Notes under the pieces: model-generated
What the model saw: only the letters and a program-made list of their open reading frames with translations
What the model was told of the DNA's origin: nothing
Database searches by the model: none
Part shown: positions 1 to 14,254 of the stretch, piece after piece
How the letters are laid out: each line of letters begins with the position of its first letter
Numbering within the stretch: position 1 is the stretch's first letter
From: Octopus sinensis
Taxonomy: Eukaryota
Reading direction: 5' to 3'
Assembly (NCBI RefSeq): GCF_006345805.1
Contig: NC_043000.1
Span: 97,278,001 to 97,342,000 of the forward strand
Length of the DNA stretch: 64,000 nucleotides
Position numbers and translations under genes: made by a program

Positions 1-171
1 ACGATTGTGTGCTGGTCTTTGCACATACAGTCTGATTTGATAACAGTACCTTTAGGCACAGGATGCAAACACACTCAAACCCACACGCACGCATACGCAG
101 AAATATGTGAATACTAATAGATAGATTAACAGATATATCTATATATATATATATATATAGAGAGAGGAGAG

Positions 172-273
<102 letters not shown>

Positions 274-563
274 CTTTTTATTGTAGCCACACAGGGCTAA
301 ACACAGAATAAAAATGGACGAAATACAATGTAGAATTTTTTCTTTTCGAGGTGGGATGGGTGGGGCAAAAAAAAAAAACCGTTTGATCAATAGGGATCTG
401 TGGGTTGTGTGGTGTATAAAAAAGCAATATATATATATATATAAGGTTCACAGTTTAGGTGTAGTCTTGGAAAGAAAAACCTACAAAAAAGACCAAGGTC
501 ACCTCAGACAATTCGAAAAAGAACACATGAGTAAGTCGCCTTACTTCTCGTTGTCTCTTTTGG

Positions 564-3500
564 TTACAGATTTATGCTTAAAATAGTGTCGTCTTTCATA
601 CTGACCATTTTTGCCACTTTTACCCACTTTTTATTAAAACATTCGTTCGACAAAGCCTTCCTCTCTATTCTCATCCTCCTTGACGAGAGACTGACCAGAG
701 AGGAAGGTGTTTGTTTGCAGTCCTTTCAAACGCGTCCACCACACACATTCTTTCGCCATAGCCATCAGCGTAACGAAAACCGTTTTCCCTTCCCGTTTAA
801 AGGAAGGTGGTGGAACAATATTCACGATAGACTCGGCCGATAGGCGAGCCTGACGTACACGTGACAACAGCTGTTCGACGAAGGACCACAGCTCTGAAAT
901 ATCTGGACACTGCACGAGTGCGTGCAGAACGGTTTCGTCGCTCTGACCGCATCTCGGGCAGGTAGGTCCGGTGATGGTTTTCGAACCGTGTCTGTAGCTC
1001 TTCTCTCGAACAGGTAGTGCGTCTCGATAGCACTGCCAAGCCAGGGATTTCTGGAAGTTATCCATAGGCCCCGGCCGAACGTCGTTCTGAACAGGCGGGT
1101 TAGGAATCCTCGTCGACGCCCAGGTTTGCCCCGAGTGTGTCGTCGGACCTCCCCTCCACTAGTCCTCTATAGAACGCTTTAGTCGTTTGGAAGTTGCACA
1201 AGTTTGACCCCGGTCGGCAGAGCTGCTGTAGAGCTTGGCGACACTCTCGGTGCCAATCGCCCAGTTTCGGTCTCTTTTTGATTCACGTTTGCAGTTCGGT
1301 CAGTGAGACGAGCTGCGGGAAGTCGCGCCTCACAAACGGCGCCCACACCTGTTCACCGTCGTCGATGAATTTCCAGAGATGTCGCAGTCTCAGCGTATGC
1401 CTGCGCATCATCAACCACGGCATGCCCAGTCCTCCATTCAACGGATGTTGACAGCAAATGGACTTCCTCAGCATCGGAACGCCACCCTTCCACAGGAAGC
1501 GGAAGAGTATGCGTTCCAGTTTGGTGATGGTGGCGTCGGGACAAGGTACGACGGTCAGGCGGTAATCGATGACGGATGCGATGTACGCGTTCGCCACCTC
1601 CGCCCGGCCTTTTAGAGACAGCTTTCTCTCGGCCCATGTTTGGCTGAGAGCGACCACTCTACTCGTGATCTCGTCCCAGTTCTTATCCATTTGGAGGTCC
1701 GGACTGAACCAGACCCCGAGCAATTTAACCGGTCCGTCCGTCCAGCGTCCCACTACTGAGCCGCAGTCGGACGGCATGGGCTTGCTTCTCCAGGTGCCGA
1801 GTAGCAAACCCACTGACTTTTCCGGGTTAATCTTTGCTCCCGTCACCGTTTCGTATTTTCTTAGTGTCTCGCCTATCATCTTGATGTGTTTGTCGCTCGA
1901 CACTATGACGGTGACATCGTCCGCATATGCCGACACGCTCGTCCCGCAATCCAGTTCCCGTGGGATGCCGCTCAGTGTCGCCAGCTTCCGCAGTAGCGGC
2001 TCGAGAGTCAATACATACAGAAGCGCCGACAGGGGACACCCCTGACGGACCGAACGCGTGATGTCAAACGGTTTAGACAGGTGACCGTTCACCCGAATCA
2101 CCGATCGGATGCCGCTATACAAGGCAGCGATCCAACCGCGGAAGACGGGACCGAAACCAGCCGCCCTGAGGACGGCCGCCAAGTACCGATGGTCGACCCT
2201 ATCGAAGGCTTTAGACTGATCCAAATTTATCAGCGCCCCACCCATGCCAGGATCCTTAACTACCCTGTCCACAATGTAGCGCATCAGATGGAGGTTGTCA
2301 TGTATGGTTCTGCCCGGCACGGCGCATGTTTGCGCCCTGTCGACCAGTTTAGTAGACTGATGCCAAGAGGTCGCCAAACAAGTCTGGCATTCGACAATAC
2401 AGCTCGTAGGGTAAACCATCCAATCCAGGCGACTTATCCCTCGCGCAGCCCGCCATCGCATCCCATACGTCAGCGGCTGTGATGGGACTTTCACAACACT
2501 CCGCTTCTCTTGCCGAGAGCCGCGGCAGGTCGGTCAGGTAGGCACTGAAATCCATCCCTCGTTCCGACCCACCACTCGCACCAAACAGTCGAGCAAAGTG
2601 CTGTTGAAAGGCCTCACACATCCTTTCGGGTTCGAGTAAACTGCATCCCTGTTGATCTATTAGAGACCGAATGGTTGATCTGTTGCCACGCTGCGCCTCC
2701 GCTACCCGGGCCTCTCGCGCAGCTTCAATCCCTTCGTTCCTCTGACGACGCAACCTTCGTGCTTGGCGTTGAGGTGTTGGTCGAGGGCCATCCTCGCAGC
2801 CAGCACGTTGGTTGCGCTGCCAGTGGTAAGTGCCTCTTCTAGTTTCTTAACTAAGTCTCCCTCTACTCTATTTCGTTCTATCGCTAATTCCTTGCTAAAC
2901 CTAATTGATTCCGATTTTATTGCCATTTTCAGGGCGTACCACCAGCGGTTGTTAACGACCGCTCCCGTCAGCGCCCTCTTAATTAACTCGCTAATCCGGT
3001 TCCTGTAAACCTGTCGCGCTAACAGCGACGTGTTCAGTTTCCAGTAACCGGGACCCTGCCTATGTGTTTTATCTAAGTCGAGCGTACACGTAACAAATTT
3101 GTGATCTGTGTAGCTGACTATTTTAAATTGTGGACATCCTACACTATCCCTATGCGCTGTCCTGCATAGAATTCTATCTAGATAAGATCTCGACGATCCG
3201 ACGCGGTTTGTCCAAGTCCACGTTGGCACGTTCGGATGGTCGGGTCGGAACCTGTCAGACAAATGGAAACGTCTGAGCAGGTCTTTGAGGCTCTTACACC
3301 CCCTTCTATTCCTATCCCTTCCCACATAATCTAGATGCGTGTCCAAGGTAGCCTTCCAATCCCTTACTAACAGTAAAGGTCTAGACGTACCCAGGAAAAC
3401 CTCTAGACGTCTGAAGAAATCCGCCCGACCCGTTAAGGACGGTGCATAAACTGCCATCAGACGGAATGCACACCCATTTCTGCCATCCACGTCCAAGACA

Positions 3501-3789
3501 ACCAGCCTACCCTCCGGGTCTAGGAATATTGCTCTTACTTTTACCTTTAGACTCTTTCGAAAAAGCACCGCAGTACCTCCACCACCCATGTTCGGCAGAC
3601 AGGGAGAAAAATAAATGTCAAATTGATTGCCAAACATGGACTCGAGGGCCCGCCGCTTACTGAGTCTGGTTTCACTGATAGCTACTATATCCACGTCCAG
3701 TGACTTGATGTCGTTTAGAAGGTAACCTTGCTTCCAAGCCGACGCCAAGCCACGCGCATTCACACAACCTAATTAAGCATACTTGACAT
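564..3789 (-). pseudogene. Tx1-type ORF2 (APE endonuclease, reverse transcriptase, C-terminal zinc finger), disrupted
   Basis: APE motifs VNARG, ISETRL, SYLDRI, TDHKFV; RT motifs KSPGLDG, LDQSKAFDRV, RQGCPLS, AYADD; finger CPRCGQSDETVLHALVQC. Lesions: frameshift near 3772, frameshift near 2750, deletion of an RT segment near 2348, TGA at 1283, and frameshifts near 1105 and 662. Confidence 0.9.
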
Positions 3790-3846
3790 TTACGAAAATT
3801 GTGTTTTACACACTATATTAGAAGAGACAAGAGGCAAGAAGTGAGG

Positions 3847-5733
3847 TCACTTACTCATTTTAAAAGTTTCATTTTTTTCTTCTTCTTTTGTATCGTTTTT
3901 GATGAGGTGTTTGTATAGTTTTTTCGACAGGTATCGTTGATACCCGCCTACCGCATTCGGAAATAATGTTTTCAGTATGTGGTGTTGTGCTTGTGTTATG
4001 TGTAAAATTCTGATGTGTTTCGGTGGTGTGGTGTGCGGATGATTGTTTGTCTTAAAGTCATCTTCACAGACGACCATGTTAGATTTGATGTAGTCCATTA
4101 ATTCTTTATTGTCTGTGTCTATTGCAGTTAGTTGTGTGTGTGGTTTTACGGGTTCATTACTTTTTTGATTGTCTAGGGGGATGTTGTCCTGAGTTAGATA
4201 TCTCCCTGCTTTAATTCCTTGTTTGGTGGATTTTTTGGATCTTTTTCTTTTACCCCATGTGGCTATTTGCCATTCCGTCGAACTTTCTTCGTCCGAGGTA
4301 TCAGTATGGGGTAGAGGAAAAAGAACAGGATCACTATGTATGCTTGTATAAATTGTTGATGTTTTGTGCGGTGTTTGTGTTGTTGTGGTGTTAGGGGTAG
4401 CATTTGTCTTCTCGTCATTGTTTTCTGTCTTTTTAATTGTCGTCCTGGGTGTGGGTGTGGGTCGATTTTTTGAAGATTCAACAAGTTTAATTGGTTGTGA
4501 CGTCAACGGTGATTGTGTTGGTACTGTTTTTCTTGGTGATGTTGTTGGGGTTTGTTTGCTGGTTTGTTGTTTTTCTTGGCGTTGTTCCATAATTGAGTGT
4601 GTTGGTGTTGGTGTTGGCAAGAAAGGGATTTTATTTGTTTTCTGAATTGTTCTTTCTTGTTTTTTCTGTACCAGATCGCACTTGGCAATCAAATGTTCGG
4701 GGCTGCCACATTTGTAGCATCTAGGCTTTTTGCCTTCTGCCATAACATATAGACATTGCCCATTCTCCAAGTATATCTTGTCGGGTAGGCTCTCGATAGA
4801 GGCCCCCTCAATCTGGATGGTCACTACTACTGTTTTTCCACCCCAATTGTCGTTTAGGTACACGGCTGTTTCTAGAATATTGATCTTTTTCAAGTGGTAA
4901 CAGATTGCCCCTGTTATCCATTTGTTCGGCATATCGGGGGGTACATTTCTGATAGTAATTCTACTCACCCTCTGGTTTTTATAATAAGGGACCATGATGA
5001 TTTCATCATTTCCCAGAGACTCAGTAGAGTGAGCTTTTGCCACTTCCTGGTTAGGGAAGCGGACCACTACTGTGTTAAACTGGGGACCCCAGTTTATATA
5101 CTCTTTTTCTTTCATTATGTTTTTTAAACATTTCTCCACATCAGTTTTTGTAATCTGTTCATTTGGTTTTTTGTTTTTTCTAATAATTTTATATACAATT
5201 GTCTTATTTTCAATTTCTTGTTTTATATGTTGAGGTGTATGCAGCACTAAATCTTGTCCACGGGTTGTAAAGAGAGCTCTTGTCTCTATGAGCTCTTCAT
5301 TTGTGAATGTAACAATTTCCTTCTTTTGGCGAAGAATGTCTGCGAAATTTACTGATGTTGTTGATTTTTTTGTATTAACATCTTCACTATTAGATAGTTC
5401 ATTTTTATTGTTGTTCTTGTTGTTGCTGTTGTTTTTGTCAATAGTTTTCGTTTCAGTTTTATTTTTATCATTTATGTTGGTCGTGGTAGTGGTGTTTGTG
5501 GTGGTGGAGGTGGTGGTGGTAGCAGTTGTTGTCTCGTGGTTGCTGTTGTTAGTGGTGGTGGTGGCGGTGGTTACAGGGCTGTTAACGCACGTGGTTGCAG
5601 CGTTCATTTCACCGAATTTCACGTTTACATTTTCCGTGCGAACGTTCTTTTTTTTCTCTATCGTTTCCAGACTAGGAAAATGTTGTTCCATAAAAGAACG
5701 CGACCAGCGTTCAACAATAAAATTTCTAGACAT
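3847..5733 (-). CDS. Tx1-type ORF1 protein (628 aa), RNA-binding gag-like
   Basis: Uninterrupted ORF. It has a Thr/Asn low-complexity N-terminus, RRM-like segments (FNTVVVRF, RITIRNVPPDM), a zinc knuckle CYKCGSPEHLIAKC (CX2CX4HX4C) and a Pro/Thr-rich tail. Confidence 0.88.
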   Translation of the reverse strand: MSRNFIVERWSRSFMEQHFPSLETIEKKKNVRTENVNVKFGEMNAATTCVNSPVTTATTTTNNSNHETTTATTTTSTTTNTTTTTNINDKNKTETKTIDKNNSNNKNNNKNELSNSEDVNTKKSTTSVNFADILRQKKEIVTFTNEELIETRALFTTRGQDLVLHTPQHIKQEIENKTIVYKIIRKNKKPNEQITKTDVEKCLKNIMKEKEYINWGPQFNTVVVRFPNQEVAKAHSTESLGNDEIIMVPYYKNQRVSRITIRNVPPDMPNKWITGAICYHLKKINILETAVYLNDNWGGKTVVVTIQIEGASIESLPDKIYLENGQCLYVMAEGKKPRCYKCGSPEHLIAKCDLVQKKQERTIQKTNKIPFLPTPTPTHSIMEQRQEKQQTSKQTPTTSPRKTVPTQSPLTSQPIKLVESSKNRPTPTPRTTIKKTENNDEKTNATPNTTTTQTPHKTSTIYTSIHSDPVLFPLPHTDTSDEESSTEWQIATWGKRKRSKKSTKQGIKAGRYLTQDNIPLDNQKSNEPVKPHTQLTAIDTDNKELMDYIKSNMVVCEDDFKTNNHPHTTPPKHIRILHITQAQHHILKTLFPNAVGGYQRYLSKKLYKHLIKNDTKEEEKNETFKMSK

Positions 5734-5933
5734 TTTCTAATGTCGAGAAGAAAATTACAGAAATGAAATGGGGTCGAAACTGCCCCTAGGGGCGAATTCC
5801 TCCCTTGGAAAAGCACTCAAACGAAAGTTGGTTGCCTTACACACCTTATTTGCAAAAATCTACACAAAAATTGGCCTATAAATAGTCAAAATAAATGATT
5901 ACCTTCGGAGCTGAAACGACATCACATCCGTCA

Positions 5934-5936
<3 letters not shown>

Positions 5937-6016
<80 letters not shown>
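5937..6016. repeat. (GATA)n microsatellite, about 20 units, abutting the 5' end of the Tx1-like LINE
   Basis: Perfect array, same orientation as 173-272. Confidence 0.97.
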
Positions 6017-6017
<1 letters not shown>

Positions 6018-6452
6018 TGAGAGAAATTGAGAGAGAGAGAGAGAGATATTATAATTTATCAATTGAAAGCGATTGACATAAATACTCACAAAGAACATAT
6101 GCTCATACACATAAACAGAGAGAGAGAGAAGGGTGAGCAGAGTGCATGAAGAACGTTAAAACGTCCAATGTCAAATAATTCAGCGTCGTATCAACGACGC
6201 CACATAAGTGGCCAGCGCCAAAATGGTTCTGCCAAAACATCTAATGTCCGCCACAAACGCTTCAGGAAATAGCCTTCGAAAGACACATTTGCAGCTTCTC
6301 CAATCAGATTATAAATCCCCATTATTTTCCAGCTGTACAAATTCTTTTGTAAAGTTATTATTTGTTGTTATATGATCGATGATGAAAAGAGTATGCGAGA
6401 GAGTGTTTTTGTGCCTATATATAATTTTATGGGCACTACGGAGTTTTCTTCC

Positions 6453-6485
<33 letters not shown>

Positions 6486-6805
6486 CGCATGTATATAGCT
6501 CATATGCTGCTTCCTTTTTCTAGCACGCACGCGTGATGAGTTCAGGTTTTTCACTTTTATGACAGATATTTCCTTTAAAATATTTCAATATAGTGTGTAT
6601 ATGTCATAATTTCAGCTTTATCACTTTCATTTCTTTCAAATTTAACTTGGATTTTGACACATACGCACACAAACACACACACACGCGCACATACGCTCGC
6701 ACGCACGCACACCCACACACGCGCGCGCGCACACACATGCACACAAGCACACACTTTTAACGCAAATCATAATATATTGTGTAAGTGAATATACAATATA
6801 CATAC

Positions 6806-6836
<31 letters not shown>

Positions 6837-7292
6837 CACGCATACATACGCACATACGTATATATATATGTATTACCTGGAATATTTTTTCATGTTTGTA
6901 AATATGCAAAATAAGAGAAAGAAAAGAATGAAAGAGATTAACCATAATGATACTAACAACAACAACAACAAAACTAAAAGTAAAGCTAGATTTGCGACTT
7001 GAATATGTATTTTTTTACATTTTTTTTTAGCATTTACTCTCTCATCTTCGCGACTTTTTAAAATTTTTTTTCTTAATTTCTCTTTTTATCTTCAGTTCTC
7101 TTCTTGCTAATATGATATTCGAGCTGTTACTTTTGCAGCCTATGGTTGAGGTTACTTCGTATGTGATGATACAGATTAGGCATTGCACACACACACACAC
7201 ACACACACATGCATAGATGTTTATGCGTATGCGTCCATATACGCATGTGTACGTGCATGCACATGCGTTTTCATGTGCGTGTGCGAATATAA

Positions 7293-7341
<49 letters not shown>

Positions 7342-7393
7342 TTATAGACGTATAGCGATAAATATATATCTCGCTCAGAGATTTAACATAGCC

Positions 7394-7424
<31 letters not shown>

Positions 7425-7433
7425 TATATATAT

Positions 7434-7479
<46 letters not shown>

Positions 7480-7513
7480 CATACATACATACATACATAC
7501 ATACATACATACA

Positions 7514-7544
<31 letters not shown>

Positions 7545-7940
7545 GTACATACATATATATATATATTTATATATATATGCATATGCGCATGTTCGTGTAT
7601 TTGTTTGTATGAGTGTATGTGTTAATGTTTGTATGTGTGTGTGTGTGTGTGTTTATGTGTTCTTAGCATGCATCTTTTATAAGGAAGTATTTGCATTTAC
7701 ATCCAGTAAACAACATCGGTAGGAACGTTCTGGATACTGAAAAGGATAGAAAAAGATTATATTTTTGTTAACATTGCTGCTGCTGCTGCTGTTGTCTACA
7801 TTATCATTGTTGCTGTTGATGATGAGGAAAACAATGATGCTGAAGACAATGATGATGATGATGGTGGGGTGGGGCAGCAGCGGTGACGGCGATGATGATG
7901 ATGATGGCGATAGACATAGCTCTGGTGTCACCAATATGCA

Positions 7941-7953
7941 AATAATAATAAAG

Positions 7954-8025
<72 letters not shown>
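7941..8025. repeat. (TAA)n microsatellite
   Basis: Direct reading. Confidence 0.95.
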
Positions 8026-8314
8026 GATTCATAAAGAAAAGCAGCACGATTCTCAGTAATATGCATCGTAAATATGTGTTAATCTATGTACGTATATATA
8101 TAAAGTACATTACGCATACATATGCGTATGTACGTATATATGTATGCATGCATTCATATATGTGTGTATGTTTGGAAAGTGTAAATAAGATGCAATATAA
8201 CAATAACTATATTTACTTCAAAAGCAAATATCTACATATCTTTTCTGCTCTATCAATCTATCTAAAAAAAATCTGTATATGTATATTTCTAAACCTACAT
8301 ATATGTGTGTGTGT

Positions 8315-8781
8315 ACTCTTTTACTCTTTTATTCTTTTCCTTGCTTCAGTCATTTGACTGTGGCCATGCTGGAGCACCGCCTTTAGGCGAGCAAATCGAT
8401 CCCAGGATTTTATTTTTTGTAATCCTACTACTTATTCTATCGGTCTCTTTTGCAGAACCGCTAAGTTACGGGGACGTAAACACACCAGCATCGGTTGTCA
8501 AGCGATGTTGGGGGGGACAAAAACAGACACACGAACACACACACAACACACACACACACACACACACACACACCACACACACACCACATATATATATATA
8601 TATAATATATACATACATATATACGACGGGCTTCTTTCAGTTTCCGTCTACCAAATCCACTCACAAGGCTTTGGTCAGCCCGAGGCTATAGCAGAAGACA
8701 CTTGCCCAAGGTGCCACGCTGTGGGACTGAAACCGGAAACATGTGGTTCGTAAGCAAGCTACTTACCACACAGTCACTCCT
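8315..8781 (-). mobile_element. SINE family A (tRNA-derived head, CORE-like body, internal microsatellite, LINE-type 3' tail), full length
   Basis: The minus strand begins with A-box-like TGACTGTGTGG and B-box-like GGTTTCAGTCCC, then CCTTGGGCAAGT. It has internal (CA)n/(TA)n and ends GGCGGTGCTCCAGCATGGCCACAGTCAAATGACTGAAG. Many copies occur in the window. Confidence 0.85.
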
Positions 8782-8827
8782 ATATATATATATATATATA
8801 CACACACTCACTCACTCACTCACTCAC

Positions 8828-8921
<94 letters not shown>

Positions 8922-9821
8922 TATATACATATATGTAACATATGAGTGTGGGGCACGCATGAGTGCCTTGACTATGACTTTATACTGCATGCGTTGACTC
9001 AGTACGTGAGTTCCACTGTTTAGAAAGAATGGAACCACTTCTTACCCGTCATTGTTCCCAGATTTACAGAACTACTCTGATTCGGAGTAGTGACACCTAG
9101 CAGGATCCAAACTATGGGCTAAATAACATGTAACCATAAAAGCTCGCGTATGCAGCGTGGTGGATGTGAAATATTTCGGCTATTAATTCACTGAATCAAT
9201 GGCGAATTTCACTAAATGCTGAGAGGGTGACCAGGCAACAGACCATCAAAGGCGAGTTTAAATTAGCCAACTACCGCTATCATCTGTGGCCGTGGCATGG
9301 ACAGATGAGATATTTCTTGCTAGCGAAAGACCCATTTGACAAAAAATACCAAACCAGATGTTAATGCCGCGTCGCTCGATCCCAACATCTGGCGTGGAAG
9401 AGCTGTAATGATCCGAGTAAGTCGTTCTACCAGATGATAATATTGATGATGAGGAGGAGAAAGAGGATATACATAAATAAATATATACATACAACATCAA
9501 GAGTAGTTACTGGAAAACAGGAAAAGAAATCAACAGAACAACAATCTTCTTCGCAAACCACCGCTGTCAACATTGTTATTTCTCAGCTAGATCATGTGCT
9601 GCTTTAATATGTATATACTCATATCCTTGTAGCTTTTGGTGGTCTGAGGACTCACATGTGTAGGGAATGAGTCGTAAACATTGGTGAATGGTAGTAATAG
9701 TAACTTGAGTGTGTTGTTGATTGTTTATTCGGTTGGATCTGTTTTGCTGTCTTCTCGTTAAACAATCATACATCACCTTCGACAGGAAACCCCTCACATT
9801 CATATATGCATACACACACAC

Positions 9822-9921
<100 letters not shown>

Positions 9922-10408
9922 TCATTCATTCATTCATTCATTGATAGCACGACGCAGTGTGAATCAAAGGGAATGGAAAAATTAAATATTACAAGGCCCA
10001 CTCTGTACTTGTAATGTGTCAAAAAGATAGAAGGTAAGTTTTTTGACCGTTCCTTAAAGGTGGCATACTCGACTTCCTTCCTACAGTAAGTAACGTAGAA
10101 TATTCAGGTAATATTTAAAAGCAGCTATAAATTAGGTGATCACTGTGGTGAATAGCTTCATTTGCATATTTGTGCTTTTGACGGCTTAACATCGATTAGG
10201 CAATATATATTTTATGCACACAACAACATGATTTTATTTCATTCCTTCACAGATTTATACATATATGAAAGCAAATAAATAGAACTACATAAATACACAC
10301 GCACACGCACACACACATATAAATATACATGCATACATGCATACATATATGTATGTGCGTGTGTGTGTCTATATGTATTATCTATATGTGTTTGTATAAT
10401 ACACATGC

Positions 10409-10442
<34 letters not shown>

Positions 10443-10643
10443 GCATAAGTATATGTATGTATGTACGTAAGCATGTATGTATGTATGTATGTATGTATGT
10501 ATGTATGTATGTATGTATGTGTATGTAAATATACATATACATTAAAGGCAAGCATCATTTATAACTATTTTTATTTCAAATAAACAAGATTGGTAGGGGG
10601 CATTCTGGATGTTGTTAATGATGATGACCATGTTGGTAGTGAT

Positions 10644-10720
10644 GGTGGTGGTGGTGGTGGTGGTGGTGGTGGTGGTGGTGGTGGTGGTGGTGGTGGTGGT
10701 GGTGGTGATGGTGGTGGTGG
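10644..10720. repeat. (GGT)n microsatellite
   Basis: Direct reading. Confidence 0.95.
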
Positions 10721-11302
10721 TCACGATGATGACAGCGGCAGTGATAATTGCGATGTCACCAATACACAAAAAAGAAACAGAATTGCAATAGATTCATGAA
10801 GAAAAGAGCATTATCATAACTAATATGCGTATCATTCAACCACGGTAGTGGTTGAATACGTTCTGTCGTCCACAATTTCGTCAATCGCAGCAGTTTCCAA
10901 GCTTCACCACTAATTAAGTTCTCAAGTAAATTGCAAACTGTTAACAGTATTAAAGAGGACACCTCCTCAGCTACACTTTGACATAAATAGTTTGAGATTT
11001 GGTTCAGTAGACAAAAAGGTACATCGAAATATCTACGATCCCAAGGCGGGCAGTAAGGCACCTATTCACCTTCAATTAACATAGACTTTTTAATTTCAAA
11101 TTAAAAGTATACCTTTATTAGGCTTAAATGATAGAAAAATGCATGAGGAATTAAGAATCGCTAGTCGCATTGAACAAAATTTAGTTGAAGTTTTATGAGT
11201 AAAATGTTATGAAATTTTATGTCAGTAAGTGAGGAAATAAGGGAGTAACGCTTCAGCTATAAGAATAAAGAATATATTTCTAAAATCAATGCCTGTTTCG
11301 TA

Positions 11303-11403
11303 AGGCGGCGAGTTGACAGAAACGTTAGCGCGCAGGTGACATGCATAAGAGTATTTTATCGGTCTTTACATTTTTGAGTTCAAATTTCAACGAGGTCGAC
11401 TTT
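11303..11403 (+). mobile_element. SINE family B, 5' fragment (second fragment at about 11526-11595)
   Basis: AAGGCGGCGAGTTGACAGAAACG head, B-box GAGTTCAAAT and GAGGTCGACTTTG, matching the full copy at 15826-16051. Confidence 0.75.
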
Positions 11404-13109
11404 GACGTACAGATTATTTAATTAATTTTTTAAAACTAAACACATTCACACTTCCGATACTGGTAGAATATGTCACATAGAACAGGGTTTGTTCTTAACA
11501 TTTTTAACAAAATTTTGTATTTTAGATACGGTATTTCGTCTGTCTTTACGTTCTGAGTACAAATTCCGCCGAGGTCGACTTTGCCTTTCATCTATTTCGG
11601 ATCTATTCAATTAGACGTACAGATTATTTAATCAATTTTTTTTAACTAAACACTTTCGAACTTCCGATACTGGTAGAATGTGTCACATAAAACAGTGTTT
11701 GCTCTTAACGTTTTAACAAAATTTTGTATTTTAAAAGTTATTTCGTCAGAAGTTACAGAGTAACAATGGACAAATTCGTGTTTGATAAGTGCCAATACAC
11801 GAAACACTCAGCTTTTAACTTACTCTCTAACTTCTGCCGATGATATATACACATATTACATATATGTGTAAAGAAATTTCATCCCGAAATCGAACCAATG
11901 AAAGAGCCTCTACCTAGTCACTCGACACGCTAAAAATAGCAGCCAAAGTATCCCCCTACCTAAATCACACGCCCATTGTATGTAATGTCCTAGATTATCC
12001 CTAAAGAGACGGTTTGCTGAAATTTGGAATGTCTTTGATGATACGTTTGCAGTATCAGGGTTTATTTGAAGCTCAATAACAACATTATGGTCAATTTCTA
12101 TACGGAAACCCGCACGATTTTCACTAAGAAAAAATCTATTTTTTTGCGTGGAATCAAGTTCTCTGGCCTCCTAAAATGCTGCAAATCTCTTATTTTGGTT
12201 CTGAAAAAATTAGGCTTGGGGGGTCCCCCTAACCCCTGAATCATTGGGATTTTCTTTCGTTGAATGAATTCCTGTGACCTCTTAATATTGCAAAATTAGG
12301 TTATTTAAGATGAGCCTGGTAACTAGTGGTTTTGTGGTCTTGTTGTCTGTAACTTTTGGTGAGCCATGGTACAACCAGCAACATGGTAAAAATCCTTTCC
12401 ATTAATTTGGTGTGGATTGGTAATATCAAATATTTCAGTCACAACATATTTAAATTAAACACGAAAAATATTGAAATATTATCTTTCAGTATTTTATAAG
12501 GTAAAATCTTAAATTATTAATTGATACATTATTAGTTATCTTATAACAGCAATGCCTGGAAAAATCATGGATCACATGGATAAATGCGAGTCATATTCTC
12601 AAGATTATAAACCTGGTAAAGAACAGGACAAGTTATTACACCTGTAAAAGTATAGAACAATCTATTATTTCTAGTAAAGAATAAGAAACTTTTTAGTTAA
12701 AATATTGGAGCTAAAATTAAAATTTGAATGTTAAAAAAATGTTTTATTATACTTTACAAATAACACTATACTTATTTAAGTAGAATTTGGCTAATTTACT
12801 ACCTTAAATAAAAAAAATTGACTAATTAGATAAACTTACAAATTTGCTGAACAGTTTTGTACTATAAATTTAAAAGATGAGAACTGTAAAGAGTGATAAA
12901 TTAGAAGAATTGGCTTTCTTTGCTGCAATATTTTAAGTAAAAAGTTTCTTATTCTTTACTTTACTAACTTGTCCTATACTTTTACATGTGTAATAACTTG
13001 TCCTGTACTTTTCCCGGTTTGTAATCTTCAGAATAGGATTTTTCATGCTCGCATTTTTCCATGTAATTAAATGTGTAATCTATGTACATAAATACTTAAA
13101 TATATAATG

Positions 13110-13151
<42 letters not shown>

Positions 13152-13161
13152 ATATATAATA

Positions 13162-13237
13162 TATAGAGCCTCGGGTTGACCAAAGCCTTGTGAGTGGATT
13201 TTGTACACGGAACTGAAAGAAACCCGCCGTATATATG

Positions 13238-13283
<46 letters not shown>

Positions 13284-13515
13284 GGTTTGTGCATATGTTT
13301 GTGTGTCTGTGTTTGTCCCCCCAACATCGCTTGACAACGATACTGGTGTGCTTACGCCCCCGTAACTTAGCGGTTCGGCAAAAGAGACCGATAGAATAAG
13401 TACTAGTCTTACAAAGAATAAGTCCGGGGATCGATTTGATCGACTAAAGGCGGTGATCCAGCATGGCCACACTCAAATTACTGAAACAAGTAAAAGAGTA
13501 AAAAAGTAAAAGAAT
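13162..13515 (+). mobile_element. SINE family A, 5'-truncated
   Basis: Matches the body, internal microsatellite and GAAACAAGTAAAAGAGT tail of the other copies. Confidence 0.85.
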
Positions 13516-13582
13516 ATATATATTATACATATATATATATATATATATATGTATATATTATATGTATATATATATAATGTAT

Positions 13583-13639
<57 letters not shown>

Positions 13640-14035
13640 TAATTAAAATCAAAATGAGGGTGAAAAATTGAATATTAATTTGATAACTTCAATTTTAACA
13701 CCAGTGGTCTAGCATATAATAAAAACTGAGATTCAGTAAATAGTATTTCATACATAAATATAAGGGAAATCTTTTTACCACTATGTGAAAACCCTTATGC
13801 TAGAAGAAGATCCGCTATGGTCTCAATCACTAAGAATTGTTCTCCAGAAAATTTAGCACACCAGAAACGTAAGCGAGCACGACAAATGAAAAATAACAAA
13901 AATATAAATTAATCACAAACAATTGTTTCACTATCAATAAATTACGTCATTTTACTTACACAATTTATATGTAGATCGTCAGTGTGATCCTCTTTGTAAG
14001 ATATAATTTGTAGAACATCACGCCAGATATCAACA

Positions 14036-14070
<35 letters not shown>

Positions 14071-14254
14071 TATATATATATATAGATATATATATATATA
14101 TATAAGTGTATGTATGTATTACTATCACTAAATATGACTGAGGGTGCCTAAGCATTTGTATTGCAAGAAGTAATAGTTAAAGACTATTAATGCTGTAAGA
14201 AGCATTATATATACATTGACAGAGGAGATAACCCCCATAGACCCGTCTTTCGAA

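Noticed and set aside
10756-11061. 101-aa minus-strand ORF in non-repetitive sequence
   Set aside because: It has an alternative start and no recognisable domain, and its end overlaps the duplicated non-coding unit.
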